A DNA stretch of 64,000 nucleotides from a virus. Its lineage: Duplodnaviria > Caudoviricetes. The DNA lies in IMG/VR virus record IMGVR_UViG_3300038426_000029, positions 17,993 through 81,992 of that record. One strand, written 5' to 3'. The notes beneath the pieces were generated by a model. The model was not told the origin of the DNA, did no database searches, and saw only the letters and a program-made list of their open reading frames with translations. This document shows, piece by piece, positions 38,749 through 47,833 of this stretch. Position 1 is the stretch's first letter. Each line of letters opens with the position of its first letter. The translations under genes were made by a program, and so were the position numbers.

Positions 38749-38774
38749 AATTATCTAGTATAAATTAAGTTTAC

Positions 38775-39143
38775 TTAAACCTCTTCACCCAGTTCTTCCA
38801 TAGCTTCCTGTTTCCAATCTCTCTTAGTTATATTACGTTGTGTCCAACTTGTTGGTTTTGCGGCTTCAATCTCAGACTCAACGTTAACCGAACCACCACG
38901 AGAAACCTGTTCCATACGGATGATGTCACGCCTACCACGACCACCGAAACCAACATTTAGGTTTAAGTACCAATCCAAGACAGTTGCCCAACTTGGAGAA
39001 TTCTTAGCCCTGACAGCCGCATAAAGAACAGCCCCCATCTTGTTGTGTTTCAGGACAGTTAGCCTTCTCATATCTACACGACCCATTTCTAGGTCGATTG
39101 GGTCTGTACCCAACTGTGGTGATAAACTTTCTTGTTCTGCCAT
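38775..39143 (-). CDS. Hypothetical protein (candidate morphogenesis gene)
   Basis: In operon with membrane proteins. Confidence 0.65.
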   Translation of the reverse strand: MAEQESLSPQLGTDPIDLEMGRVDMRRLTVLKHNKMGAVLYAAVRAKNSPSWATVLDWYLNLNVGFGGRGRRDIIRMEQVSRGGSVNVESEIEAAKPTSWTQRNITKRDWKQEAMEELGEEV

Positions 39144-39157
39144 TTTACATTACCTCT

Positions 39158-39832
39158 TTAATGTGCTACTCTCAACCAACCTTGATTGACCATGATATAT
39201 ACTGCCAAAGCACCAATACCAACACCAATAAGAATCTGCTGGAAATCGAACTTACTCTTTTTCTGCTGATCCATAGCATCTTCAGCCAATATCTTCAGGA
39301 TTGCTTCGTCATCCTTCTCTCTAAGTGCCTCAGAGGAAATATTTGGCATATCTTCCCCTTCATACGCTTCGATTGCGATTGTAAGACCCCATCGGGTGTC
39401 CTCAACCAACTTCCTATTGGATTTTGGCATCCTTTCATATTTGTCATCTCCCCAAAGTATGCGTAATGCCCTGTCGATTGTTGTGGGTTCGGGTGCTGTA
39501 TTTTCGGGTGTTCTAATGTCTGCTGTATATCCAACTCCCTCAATAGCAAAGAACTTGGTTACGTTTGGGAAAACATATCCGGGTGCAACTTTATAGAATT
39601 TACGTGGGACATCTTCGATTGTCTTACAGTATAGCCAGTGTGCTGTTTCCTTCAAAATAGGAATCTCTAAGGCTCTCTTTTCTCCGGGTCTGATTAGAAC
39701 TAGTGTCTTTTTGGTTCCACTACCACCTTTTGACATGATATTAGTGTAATAGTAATATACACCAAGACCACCCAAGACAACTAATAATCCCATCACTCCA
39801 TATGGAGAGAACAACATATCTACTACAGACAT
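39158..39832 (-). CDS. Protein with N- and C-terminal TM anchors
   Basis: Hydrophobic termini. Confidence 0.7.
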   Translation of the reverse strand: MSVVDMLFSPYGVMGLLVVLGGLGVYYYYTNIMSKGGSGTKKTLVLIRPGEKRALEIPILKETAHWLYCKTIEDVPRKFYKVAPGYVFPNVTKFFAIEGVGYTADIRTPENTAPEPTTIDRALRILWGDDKYERMPKSNRKLVEDTRWGLTIAIEAYEGEDMPNISSEALREKDDEAILKILAEDAMDQQKKSKFDFQQILIGVGIGALAVYIMVNQGWLRVAH

Positions 39833-40002
39833 TACTTTTCAACTCCTACATTCTTTGCTTTCCGTTTCATATAACTATCTCTTGATGATATTCTCCATGC
39901 TTCGTGTACAGGATCATTATACTTTATTTTAACACCACGTTTGTGTTCTGGTTCTGGATGACAATCTTTATAGCATCCACATTCTAAACAACATATAGAC
40001 AT
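39832..40002 (-). CDS. 56-aa Cys/His protein (not in track)
   Basis: MSICCLECGCYKDCH; fills gap, overlaps next start. Confidence 0.45.
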   Translation of the reverse strand: MSICCLECGCYKDCHPEPEHKRGVKIKYNDPVHEAWRISSRDSYMKRKAKNVGVEK

Positions 40003-40003
40003 T

Positions 40004-40531
40004 TTAATCAGCCCATTTCTCCGTTTTTTGCGGTCCAGTTATAATCAGATAATCAATGAATATGATCATTGTCAGGAAACAAATAATTGCTGGTATCGGT
40101 GAGTCTCTAAGTACGAATATCAAAAGACCTGTAAAGCAGAGCAAAAGAACCGTTGCTATAAGCCTCTTGACAACCATAGGACCGGGAAAAGTTCTATCTA
40201 AGTTTGGAATAAACCTTGCTTTCTGTGGCTTATCTTCATCCCATTTTTCTTCCTGTTTTGGTTTCCTTGATTTTTCTGACTTTAATTCGGGTTCTGGTTT
40301 TGGTTCTACTTTTGTTTCTACTACTGGTTGTTTCACTACTTGTTCTACTGGTTGTTTCACAGATGAAATATCTATTACTACATCATCAAAATTTCTATTT
40401 TTCCTCTTTATCCTTTTTCCTCTTTGCTCTCTTGGCTTTCTAGGTGGAAATAGAATAGACTTTACCTTTTTTATTATTTTTTGTGAAAGAGTCCATTCCT
40501 CATCCTCTTTCCATTCATCGTCAGAACTCAA
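40004..40531 (-). CDS. Charged protein with C-terminal TM hairpin
   Basis: K/E/P-rich then two hydrophobic helices. Confidence 0.65.
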   Translation of the reverse strand: MSSDDEWKEDEEWTLSQKIIKKVKSILFPPRKPREQRGKRIKRKNRNFDDVVIDISSVKQPVEQVVKQPVVETKVEPKPEPELKSEKSRKPKQEEKWDEDKPQKARFIPNLDRTFPGPMVVKRLIATVLLLCFTGLLIFVLRDSPIPAIICFLTMIIFIDYLIITGPQKTEKWAD

Positions 40532-40788
40532 ATTAATCTATATATATTAGAGTGTAGACATTTATAAACATTACTACTACTATTTATCTATTCGTAACAT
40601 ATAAATATGCCTATATGCCTATATACATATATGACTAAGAAGAATGATGATCCAACTACTGTTTGTATTACCAATGATGTTTGGTGCATAATGAATAGTC
40701 TCAAAAGAAATCCAAGAGAATCGCCAAACGATGTTTTTAGAGAAGCTATTCTTTTACTACAAGAGAAAAGGAAAAATGGTGTTTAAAA

Positions 40789-41790
40789 ATGGCATATAGT
40801 AGAGACTTTGAAGAAACACCTGTTGATGCAGAATTTAAACAGAAAGTCAATGTTGAGTATCTTGTACTGAAACAGATAGACCGTTGCAATAATGCCGCAC
40901 TAGAGGGAGATGAGATAAAGTTCTCAAATGCTGTTGAATCTCTCTTGGCAATGTTACCAAAGGAGAACAGACTTAGGATAGAAAATGACAAGACTAGAGA
41001 ACAATACACAGCTAAAGTTGAACAGCCTGTATATAAATATTCCTGTGGCAAACCAATGGGAACTTTGGAAAATCCGATTTTCCGTAACAAACCAACAGAT
41101 TGGAACTATGACGGTGGAGAACCTATCAGAATTTCTCCGATGGTTGAGGAAGTCGAACAGACAGACTACCAGAAATTATACAAGATAATACTCAATGAAC
41201 TACAGGATGTTGGCGTGACTTGGAAAATCGAACCGAGAGGTAATGTGGAAAAGAAGATCGACCCACCACCAATACCACTGTTAAGACTCAAGAATGGAAG
41301 TTTTGTTAGAGTATTGGTTGAAAGAGGTATTGAGGGTGTGAAGGAAGGTATAATTGTGGATAAAGAATCAGCATCACTAGAACCCACACCACCAGAACCA
41401 ATAATGGAACCAGAATCTGATGATGAAAATGAGGACATTAATGATGATGAGGATAAGGATATGAATGAACCAAAAACGTCACTAGAACCTATAAAACACG
41501 AAGTATATGAGGAAACCATTGATGAGGTAACCAAGGAATTAGAGAAAGAGGAAGATAAGGAATTTGCAGAATATAAAGTAATATTAGAAGAAAGAAAAGA
41601 TAAAAAATTAAAACAAAAAATAGATAAAGAAAAGTTTGATAACGAGACACAACAGAAATTAAAAGAAACGGAGATAGGAAATATTATATTAGTTAGTGAA
41701 GAGATACCAACTACAAATACACAACCAGAAGCAATTATGTCAAAACCAATAAAAAAGAAAAAATTAACAATGAAAAACATAGATGAATAA
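40789..41790 (+). CDS. Hypothetical protein with acidic low-complexity C-terminal half
   Basis: D/E/K-rich; co-oriented with ATPase. Confidence 0.7.
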   Translation: MAYSRDFEETPVDAEFKQKVNVEYLVLKQIDRCNNAALEGDEIKFSNAVESLLAMLPKENRLRIENDKTREQYTAKVEQPVYKYSCGKPMGTLENPIFRNKPTDWNYDGGEPIRISPMVEEVEQTDYQKLYKIILNELQDVGVTWKIEPRGNVEKKIDPPPIPLLRLKNGSFVRVLVERGIEGVKEGIIVDKESASLEPTPPEPIMEPESDDENEDINDDEDKDMNEPKTSLEPIKHEVYEETIDEVTKELEKEEDKEFAEYKVILEERKDKKLKQKIDKEKFDNETQQKLKETEIGNIILVSEEIPTTNTQPEAIMSKPIKKKKLTMKNIDE

Positions 41791-41792
41791 AC

Positions 41793-42887
41793 ATGAGTAC
41801 AAAATCTAAAAGAATTTTTAAAAGAACCACAATAAGAAAAGTTGGTGGTGATGAATTCGTTGATCCACCAAAGGGGTACAAGGGTGCAAATCGTTGGACA
41901 AATTGGCATGGGGTCAGGGCTGAGTTTGGTTCGGGTTATGGCACTTTCTTGCTCGATGAGCTACAGGAAAAAAGGGATAATATTGAGGCTTGTATTGTTG
42001 TCGTAACAGGCGGTGGTGGAAAAGGGAAAACCTATTTCACTCTGAGACTTGCAGAAATTTTAGACCCTAAGTTCGATGTAGACGTTCAAGTTCCATTTGG
42101 TCCAGATGAATTCATGGAACTGATTGGTCCAGATAGTCCTTTGGGTATTGGCAGGGTAATAGTGGTCGATGAAAGTCAATTTGCGATCTCTAGCCGGGAC
42201 TGGTATGCAGACATTCAGAAGGACTTGATGAAGCAACTTGAGGCTATTCGTTCAAAGGGATTCATAATCTTCATAGTCTGTTTGTCAGAGGCAACTCTAG
42301 ATGTTATAGCAAGATCGTGGGTCATAACACATAAAATACATCTAATGAAAAGAGGTAGAGCTAGAGTGTATTCATATCAAACCGGACCTTTTTCTACGAA
42401 GCCTTATCCCCGAACAATCAGCAAGGATGAGAAAATGACACTTCCGGGTGCGGAATACTGTGAACACTCTTCGTGTTTAAAATGCCCATACTCTGGTGTA
42501 GCACAGCCACAATGGAAACTTAGAAACAGATGGGAAGAACTAAATACACCATTATGTCAAACAATAAGAGCTTTATATGAGAGGAAAAAGAAATTCTTCC
42601 TGACAGAGATGGCTGAGATCGCCAATGAGAAGAGAAGGGAAGCCCAAATGAAAAAGACACAGCTTTCTGATATAGTTGCCACATTGAAAGAACATACTAC
42701 TATGCTCAGAAAGACCAAGAGAAACCGCATAGACATAAACTCTGCGTCTGCCATAATACGCCAATTTCTGGGAAGTGGGATTCCAGACAATTTTGTTAAA
42801 AAGGCGTGTAGAGAACTGGATGTAGATACCGATACGATGGACACGGTGCAGATGTTAAATTATTTAGTCAAACCAAAAGAAAAATAG
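41793..42887 (+). CDS. P-loop ATPase, FtsK/HerA/A32-like (candidate genome-packaging ATPase)
   Basis: Walker A TGGGGKGKT, Walker B VIVVDE, SSRDW..Q, IRSKG, LDVIAR. Confidence 0.75.
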   Translation: MSTKSKRIFKRTTIRKVGGDEFVDPPKGYKGANRWTNWHGVRAEFGSGYGTFLLDELQEKRDNIEACIVVVTGGGGKGKTYFTLRLAEILDPKFDVDVQVPFGPDEFMELIGPDSPLGIGRVIVVDESQFAISSRDWYADIQKDLMKQLEAIRSKGFIIFIVCLSEATLDVIARSWVITHKIHLMKRGRARVYSYQTGPFSTKPYPRTISKDEKMTLPGAEYCEHSSCLKCPYSGVAQPQWKLRNRWEELNTPLCQTIRALYERKKKFFLTEMAEIANEKRREAQMKKTQLSDIVATLKEHTTMLRKTKRNRIDINSASAIIRQFLGSGIPDNFVKKACRELDVDTDTMDTVQMLNYLVKPKEK

Positions 42888-42926
42888 AATGATCTATCCC
42901 AAAAATTTTTGTAATACAGGAGATTT

Positions 42927-42946
42927 TTAGTTTTTTGTTTTTTTCA
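42927..42946 (+). terminator. Oligo-T archaeal terminator after ATPase
   Basis: ttagttttttgtttttttc run ~40 nt past the stop. Confidence 0.4.
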
Positions 42947-43114
42947 CAGAAAGGATGCCAGCATATACTATATTATATAGCCTGTCATACAAGACAATCG
43001 CATACTCATAAACTATGGTTATATATCAGTATATTTATGAGAGTAGGTAACTCTCATAAATTTTACGTAACATATAAAAAGGCTCGATTTGGTATATAAT
43101 ACAGGGTTATAATC

Positions 43115-43825
43115 ATGGATCACAGAAGTGTAGAAACGTTCAGGCTGGATATTGGGGGCTGGAAAGGATGGGAGTGGTTTGATGCTATTTACAATAAATG
43201 TAAAAATTTGGAACAAAAGGCAATTTTAATAGGGCTTTTAAAAACAGGTTCGAGAAGTAATGAATTAAACAAATTAACTAAACAAATGGTAGATGTGGAT
43301 ACCTATAAAGAAAAAGGTAAAGAAATGATTCTTATAAAGTCACAACCACTAGAGAAACAAAAAAAGGCTATACAATTAGTTGATAAAGATGGTAAATATA
43401 TGTATGATGGAATGAGAAGGCTATACAGATTTGAGCATATTGAGGGATGGAGAACTTATGCGTTCCCAAAGAATGAAAAATACTCTAAACAATTTTTAAA
43501 ATTTGTCGATCAAGTAGAAAACCCAAAAGATCAGGTATTTCCATTTACTTACAGCCAAATCTATTATAGAATTTGTACCATTGGGATGGAGTTACCAGAA
43601 GGTGTTCCTATGAAGGATTGGGCATATCATTTGGATGAAGGGTGTGGGCTGTTCCCGCATGAATTACGAAGTATTCGTGCCTGTCAACTTTTGAGGGATT
43701 ATGAGTATAACAACCAGAAATTACGTAAGTTCTTTGGATGGGCAGAAGATAGCCCAATGCCTGATCACTACATGGAACTAACAGCAGATGACTTGATACC
43801 ATCACCTGAACGTATGCCTAAGTGA
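43115..43825 (+). CDS. Tyrosine recombinase/integrase catalytic domain
   Basis: KTGSRSNEL (R), PHELRSIR (HxxR), FGW, MPDHY (Y). Confidence 0.85.
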   Translation: MDHRSVETFRLDIGGWKGWEWFDAIYNKCKNLEQKAILIGLLKTGSRSNELNKLTKQMVDVDTYKEKGKEMILIKSQPLEKQKKAIQLVDKDGKYMYDGMRRLYRFEHIEGWRTYAFPKNEKYSKQFLKFVDQVENPKDQVFPFTYSQIYYRICTIGMELPEGVPMKDWAYHLDEGCGLFPHELRSIRACQLLRDYEYNNQKLRKFFGWAEDSPMPDHYMELTADDLIPSPERMPK

Positions 43826-43905
43826 TGAGGTTGAAATCTTTCATATAAAAAAAGATATAGTAAGACTTATATAGTAGTTTTACACTCTGTAGGGTGATTG
43901 AAATT

Positions 43906-44862
43906 ATGAAGAAAGGAGAGAAGATGTCTGATGAGCAGAAATTAAAAATGAGTGAAACACGTAAACGTAGAGGTGTTGCATCTGGTGAGAAAAACCCAAT
44001 GTATGGTAGGTCTGGGATATTAAGCCCTGTGTATGGTAAGTCGCAAACACCAGAGCATAAGAAAAAAATAGGTGACGCACAAAAAGGTGAAAAAAACCAT
44101 ATGTTTGATAAAAAAGGGACGTTAAATCCTAACTATGGTAAACACCCATCAGAAGCTACAAGAAAAAAACAAAGTGAAGGAGGAAGGGGCAAACATAGTG
44201 GTAAGAATAACCCTATGTGGGGTAAAAAACGCACACCAGAGTGGTGTATACAACACAGTAAGGATATGAAAGGTAGATTTTCTGGTGAGAAAAATCCATT
44301 TTATGGCAAGAAACACACACCAGAGACTATAAAATATTTAAGTGACATTACATCTGGTGAGAACCATCCCCAATATGGTAAACATAGATTACCAAATACT
44401 GTAAAAAAAATAAGTGAAAAAAATAAAGGCAGACCCTCTCCAATGAAAGGAAATACCTCCCCCATGTTCGGTAAACATCACACACCAGAGTCAATAATAA
44501 AAATGAGTAAATCCCAACAATTACGAACCGACCACAACAAAGGTGGAAATACACCACACACAGTCACCATAGCCCTCATTAGTAGCCAACTTGAAAGGCT
44601 TGGTTGGAAAGTACAAAGCTGGTCTACCACAGGTGAGAGATTTGTTATAATAAACGGACACAGATACTCACCAGACATCTATGCTACAAGAGGTAATGAA
44701 ATACTGATAATTGAGGTTGGGGGTTGTGATAATCCAGAAAAACTACCTGATCTTATGACCAAATACGCCATTGTATTACAAGTACCCAAAATGTCGGTGG
44801 AACTCAGACCTATTGATCTTAAAGATTTAGTTAATTGGCAACACTTCAGCCACAACTTTTAA
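43906..44862 (+). CDS. NUMOD3-repeat + PD-(D/E)xK-like putative homing endonuclease, copy 4
   Basis: GEKNPMYG/FYGKKHTPE repeats; SPDIYA..IIEVGGC; GGTGAT SD. Confidence 0.75.
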   Translation: MKKGEKMSDEQKLKMSETRKRRGVASGEKNPMYGRSGILSPVYGKSQTPEHKKKIGDAQKGEKNHMFDKKGTLNPNYGKHPSEATRKKQSEGGRGKHSGKNNPMWGKKRTPEWCIQHSKDMKGRFSGEKNPFYGKKHTPETIKYLSDITSGENHPQYGKHRLPNTVKKISEKNKGRPSPMKGNTSPMFGKHHTPESIIKMSKSQQLRTDHNKGGNTPHTVTIALISSQLERLGWKVQSWSTTGERFVIINGHRYSPDIYATRGNEILIIEVGGCDNPEKLPDLMTKYAIVLQVPKMSVELRPIDLKDLVNWQHFSHNF

Positions 44863-44982
44863 TCACTCCCAATTCATATAATAGAAAAAGCATTTTCAAG
44901 ATATATTTAATATTTCTAGTATCAAAAAACTACTTGTGATAGATCGAAAGATATATAAACATTTCTAAAGTACATAATACCA

Positions 44983-45471
44983 ATGAACAAGAATACCTTA
45001 GATGTAATGTTCTCAAAGAAGTCCGATAACTGGGAAACCCCCCAAGATTTCTATGATGGACTGAACAAAGAATACCATTTTACCCTAGACCCATGTGCCA
45101 TAAAAGAGAACGCAAAATGCCCAAAATTCTACACAATCGAAGATGATGGTCTAATTCAGAATTGGAAAGATGAAATAGTATTCGTAAATCCACCTTATGG
45201 AGATATATCGAGTTGGGTAAGTAAGTGTTATTATGAATATACTCTTTATAATGCAACTGTTATCCTGTTAATTCCTGCTAGAACAGATACAAAATATTTT
45301 CAAGAATATTGTCTGAGATGTACAAGCCTTGGGTTTGTTGAGGGTAGACTGACATTTGGAAATTGTGAATCACCAGCACCATTTCCATCGGTTATTGTGG
45401 TGTTTGATCCAAAGGAAAAAGATAAAACACAAAAACTATTTCGGATAAACCGACGGGGCATCCGAATTTAG
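44983..45471 (+). CDS. Phage-type DNA N6-adenine methyltransferase
   Basis: DNWETPQ, FTLDPCA, VFVNPPY, LIPARTDT, APFPS; promoter TCGAAAGATATATAAA at ~44944-44959. Confidence 0.9.
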   Translation: MNKNTLDVMFSKKSDNWETPQDFYDGLNKEYHFTLDPCAIKENAKCPKFYTIEDDGLIQNWKDEIVFVNPPYGDISSWVSKCYYEYTLYNATVILLIPARTDTKYFQEYCLRCTSLGFVEGRLTFGNCESPAPFPSVIVVFDPKEKDKTQKLFRINRRGIRI

Positions 45472-45482
45472 AAAATTATATA

Positions 45483-45522
45483 CCAGATGTTTATGAATAT
45501 TCCAGATGTTTATGAGTATTCC
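45483..45522 (+). repeat. 19-bp tandem duplication, intergenic
   Basis: ccagatgtttatgaatatt / ccagatgtttatgagtatt. Confidence 0.7.
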
Positions 45523-45566
45523 ACGTTTCGAGTAATTTAAAGTTATATTTTAATTATCATAAGCCT

Positions 45567-45713
45567 TTATTTTGAATGTAGTTTATGAAAATCGTCTAGC
45601 TTTAAATCCACCTCATAAATTTGTATGTCCAGCTTCTTGGCAATCTCAGCCGCAGAGAAACCTTCATCATGTAGCCTCAAAACATCGGCTTCTTTATCCT
45701 TTGTCCATATCAT
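45567..45713 (-). CDS. 48-aa HTH protein (not in track)
   Basis: MIWTKDKEADVLRLHDEGFSAAEIAKKLDI. Confidence 0.65.
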   Translation of the reverse strand: MIWTKDKEADVLRLHDEGFSAAEIAKKLDIQIYEVDLKLDDFHKLHSK

Positions 45714-45732
45714 TTTAAAACACACCACTGAC

Positions 45733-46041
45733 TTACTTTACTCTTTCCAACCAACGACACTTGGGGCACTTGAAATAGTTGTTTGTGTATCGGTATCCTT
45801 TGACAGATTTATACACCATGTTTGCCCCACACTTTGGGCAGACCTTTTTTGGTGATAGTTGTTTCTTTGGTCTGTACTTTTCTCGTTGCTTGATTCTATA
45901 TTCATCATCCACACCATCTGGATTGGTAATCTTTTGCGGGTATCTCTCACAACCATGCTTTAACTTCTTGTCATAGTTGTCATAACATTCACCGCATGGT
46001 ATTCCACAACGACTATAACCCATAACCTTTTTACTTACCAT
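45733..46041 (-). CDS. Double Zn-binding protein (C-terminal zinc ribbon)
   Basis: CGIPCGEC..C; CPKC..CPKC. Confidence 0.65.
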   Translation of the reverse strand: MVSKKVMGYSRCGIPCGECYDNYDKKLKHGCERYPQKITNPDGVDDEYRIKQREKYRPKKQLSPKKVCPKCGANMVYKSVKGYRYTNNYFKCPKCRWLERVK

Positions 46042-46201
46042 AGTGTGCCCTTCCTTGTATATAATCTTCAATATGCTCTGGATGCTTTGCTACTATATGT
46101 CTTCCATATCTGGTTTCTCCCTGTAAGACATCTATGCAATATTTACACTGGATAGGTTTGCTTCCCTTTCCCTTAACATACTTTCGACCAGTTCTGCCCA
46201 T
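46031..46201 (-). CDS. C2H2 zinc-finger protein (not in track)
   Basis: IQCKYC...RHIVAKHPEHIEDY. Confidence 0.65.
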   Translation of the reverse strand: MGRTGRKYVKGKGSKPIQCKYCIDVLQGETRYGRHIVAKHPEHIEDYIQGRAHYGK

Positions 46202-46244
46202 ACATTATCCAATAAAGTATATGTCAGGTTACTTATAAACTTTT

Positions 46245-46502
46245 CTAGTTCTCATCGGAACTGAATTTACTTGCACACTCGTCACACATGCCCTGTTTGA
46301 TATAATAATCCATAAATGGCATTTTTTTGTGACACTCAGAACAGCGTTTGTCTGGAAGTTTAAAATATGAAAGCATCTCAATGACTGGTTGATACCAGAA
46401 TTGACCAACATTCACATCGACTTCACCAAGAGCATCCATTAATGACTCACAGGCATGAACATCATGCAGACTTGGTTTAAATTTTATTTTACGATCCACC
46501 AA
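46245..46502 (-). CDS. Small Zn-finger protein
   Basis: CSEC..CDEC. Confidence 0.6.
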   Translation of the reverse strand: MVDRKIKFKPSLHDVHACESLMDALGEVDVNVGQFWYQPVIEMLSYFKLPDKRCSECHKKMPFMDYYIKQGMCDECASKFSSDEN

Positions 46503-46534
46503 TATCTCTCAAAATACACAGCTATCTGTGTTGC

Positions 46535-46813
46535 TTATAAGCCTTTTGTTTTTCGGCTGAGAAATTCCCAACCATCCATATTTTTGTCAATCAGGTTAAG
46601 CCAACGACCATCGACCCTTGACCAACCAGTACCATAACCAACCTGTATTGTGATGAATGGTTTTCTACCTTTTATGATATTATACCTTGCTTCAACACGT
46701 GTATGCTTGGGTATGTCTTTGAACTTTTTTAATGTGAGGGCAGTGCCTAGATTTTCATATGTTACCTTTACAAGTTTGTGATTCTTATAAAAAGAATACT
46801 CAGGCATCTTCAA
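46535..46813 (-). CDS. Small basic protein
   Basis: K/R-rich; operonic. Confidence 0.6.
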   Translation of the reverse strand: MKMPEYSFYKNHKLVKVTYENLGTALTLKKFKDIPKHTRVEARYNIIKGRKPFITIQVGYGTGWSRVDGRWLNLIDKNMDGWEFLSRKTKGL

Positions 46814-47053
46814 TCACATTTTATATTCTGTTCTAGTATTTGTATCTTTCGGCTTGTGTGTGAACCTGAAATACTTTTCCCTGTTTTTCTTCAACGGACC
46901 AGAGTGTTTCTTGAGGTTGGACTTGGCTATTTTCGGTGTTTGATCTCTGACTTTCCCCGCCTTGGTAATTGAACCGTGCGTTCCCCGACCACCCTTCTTA
47001 CCAGAAGATTGCTGTGCCTTTTCTAGCTTTTTATTTAATTTGGTTTCGGACAT
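46814..47053 (-). CDS. rps30e: Ribosomal protein eS30 homolog with basic N-terminal extension
   Basis: THGSITKAGKVRDQTPKIAK...NREKYFRF matches eS30 consensus HGSLx(K/R)AGKVRxQTPK. Confidence 0.88.
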   Translation of the reverse strand: MSETKLNKKLEKAQQSSGKKGGRGTHGSITKAGKVRDQTPKIAKSNLKKHSGPLKKNREKYFRFTHKPKDTNTRTEYKM

Positions 47054-47241
47054 TACCTCTTACCCCTACCATGTCCTGTTGGTTCATAACAATCCCCAAC
47101 CCATTTAACATAATGTATTCCACCATCTTTAGATTCAATCCATATATTACCATTATAAGGGTCTTGATAAACTGTTCGTTTTATCATTTTACCATTAAAA
47201 AAAATATTCTTTTTACCTATTTTTCTTATTTTTTCTATCAT
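47053..47241 (-). CDS. Small basic protein
   Basis: TAATG overlap with rps30e start. Confidence 0.6.
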   Translation of the reverse strand: MIEKIRKIGKKNIFFNGKMIKRTVYQDPYNGNIWIESKDGGIHYVKWVGDCYEPTGHGRGKR

Positions 47242-47439
47242 TTATTTTCCCGTCCTCAGCCACTTATTGTAGTTTTTGGTTTCCTTGTAGTAAACACCAT
47301 ACCCTTTCTTGGTACGCTTTACCTTTATACCAACATAGGTCTTATGTTTCATAACACCATGCTTGGTTTTTCTTAGACTCTTTGCATGTTCATCGGCTTC
47401 TTTTTTGGTTTCCCAAACATACGCTAATTTATATGACAT
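47242..47439 (-). CDS. Small basic protein, family A
   Basis: Y...W.TKKEA...A..LR...Y.VY pattern. Confidence 0.6.
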   Translation of the reverse strand: MSYKLAYVWETKKEADEHAKSLRKTKHGVMKHKTYVGIKVKRTKKGYGVYYKETKNYNKWLRTGK

Positions 47440-47443
47440 TTTT

Positions 47444-47716
47444 TCACCTCTTTTCCCATTCTGCTTTTCCAGTTTTCTGGTTATATACCTTGGTTGGTCT
47501 GTGCCTGTACAATACATAAACCTTGATTCCCTTCTCCTTTGTTGGGAAGGTTTTTACTATGGTTTTGTGCCCACGTTTTCTATCAGACTCTGCCCATTCT
47601 AGAGCATGTGGTCTGTATGTGCTATGAGATGACATAACCTCATAACGTTTACCTCTGTAGATAATATATTCTGGAATTTCGAGTTTCATACCGCGTGCAA
47701 TAATTGTGTGTGTCAT
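47444..47716 (-). CDS. Small basic protein, family A
   Basis: YRGKRY...A...A...RKRG....VY.LYR. Confidence 0.6.
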   Translation of the reverse strand: MTHTIIARGMKLEIPEYIIYRGKRYEVMSSHSTYRPHALEWAESDRKRGHKTIVKTFPTKEKGIKVYVLYRHRPTKVYNQKTGKAEWEKR

Positions 47717-47832
47717 TTACTTTTTACCACTTTTTTCTTACTCTTTCGTTTTCTGGTTTTTTTCTTCTTAGGAAATGCCATCCTAAACCCTTTTTTAGCA
47801 GAATCTCCAAATGCTTTGAATATCTCTGCCAT
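47713..47832 (-). CDS. 39-aa lysine-rich peptide (not in track)
   Basis: ...FPKKKKTRKRKSKKKVVKSK; ATGA overlap. Confidence 0.5.
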   Translation of the reverse strand: MAEIFKAFGDSAKKGFRMAFPKKKKTRKRKSKKKVVKSK

Positions 47833-47833
47833 T

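Noticed and set aside
40056-41909. Long ORFs 40056-40550(+) and 41166-41909(-)
   Set aside because: F/S-rich antisense shadows of K/E-rich genes
41793-42887. ATPase as terminase large subunit
   Set aside because: No recognisable C-terminal RNase H-like nuclease domain; motifs fit the HerA/A32-like group better
45483-45522. 19-bp duplication as CRISPR mini-array or att site
   Set aside because: Units abut with no spacer; only two copies
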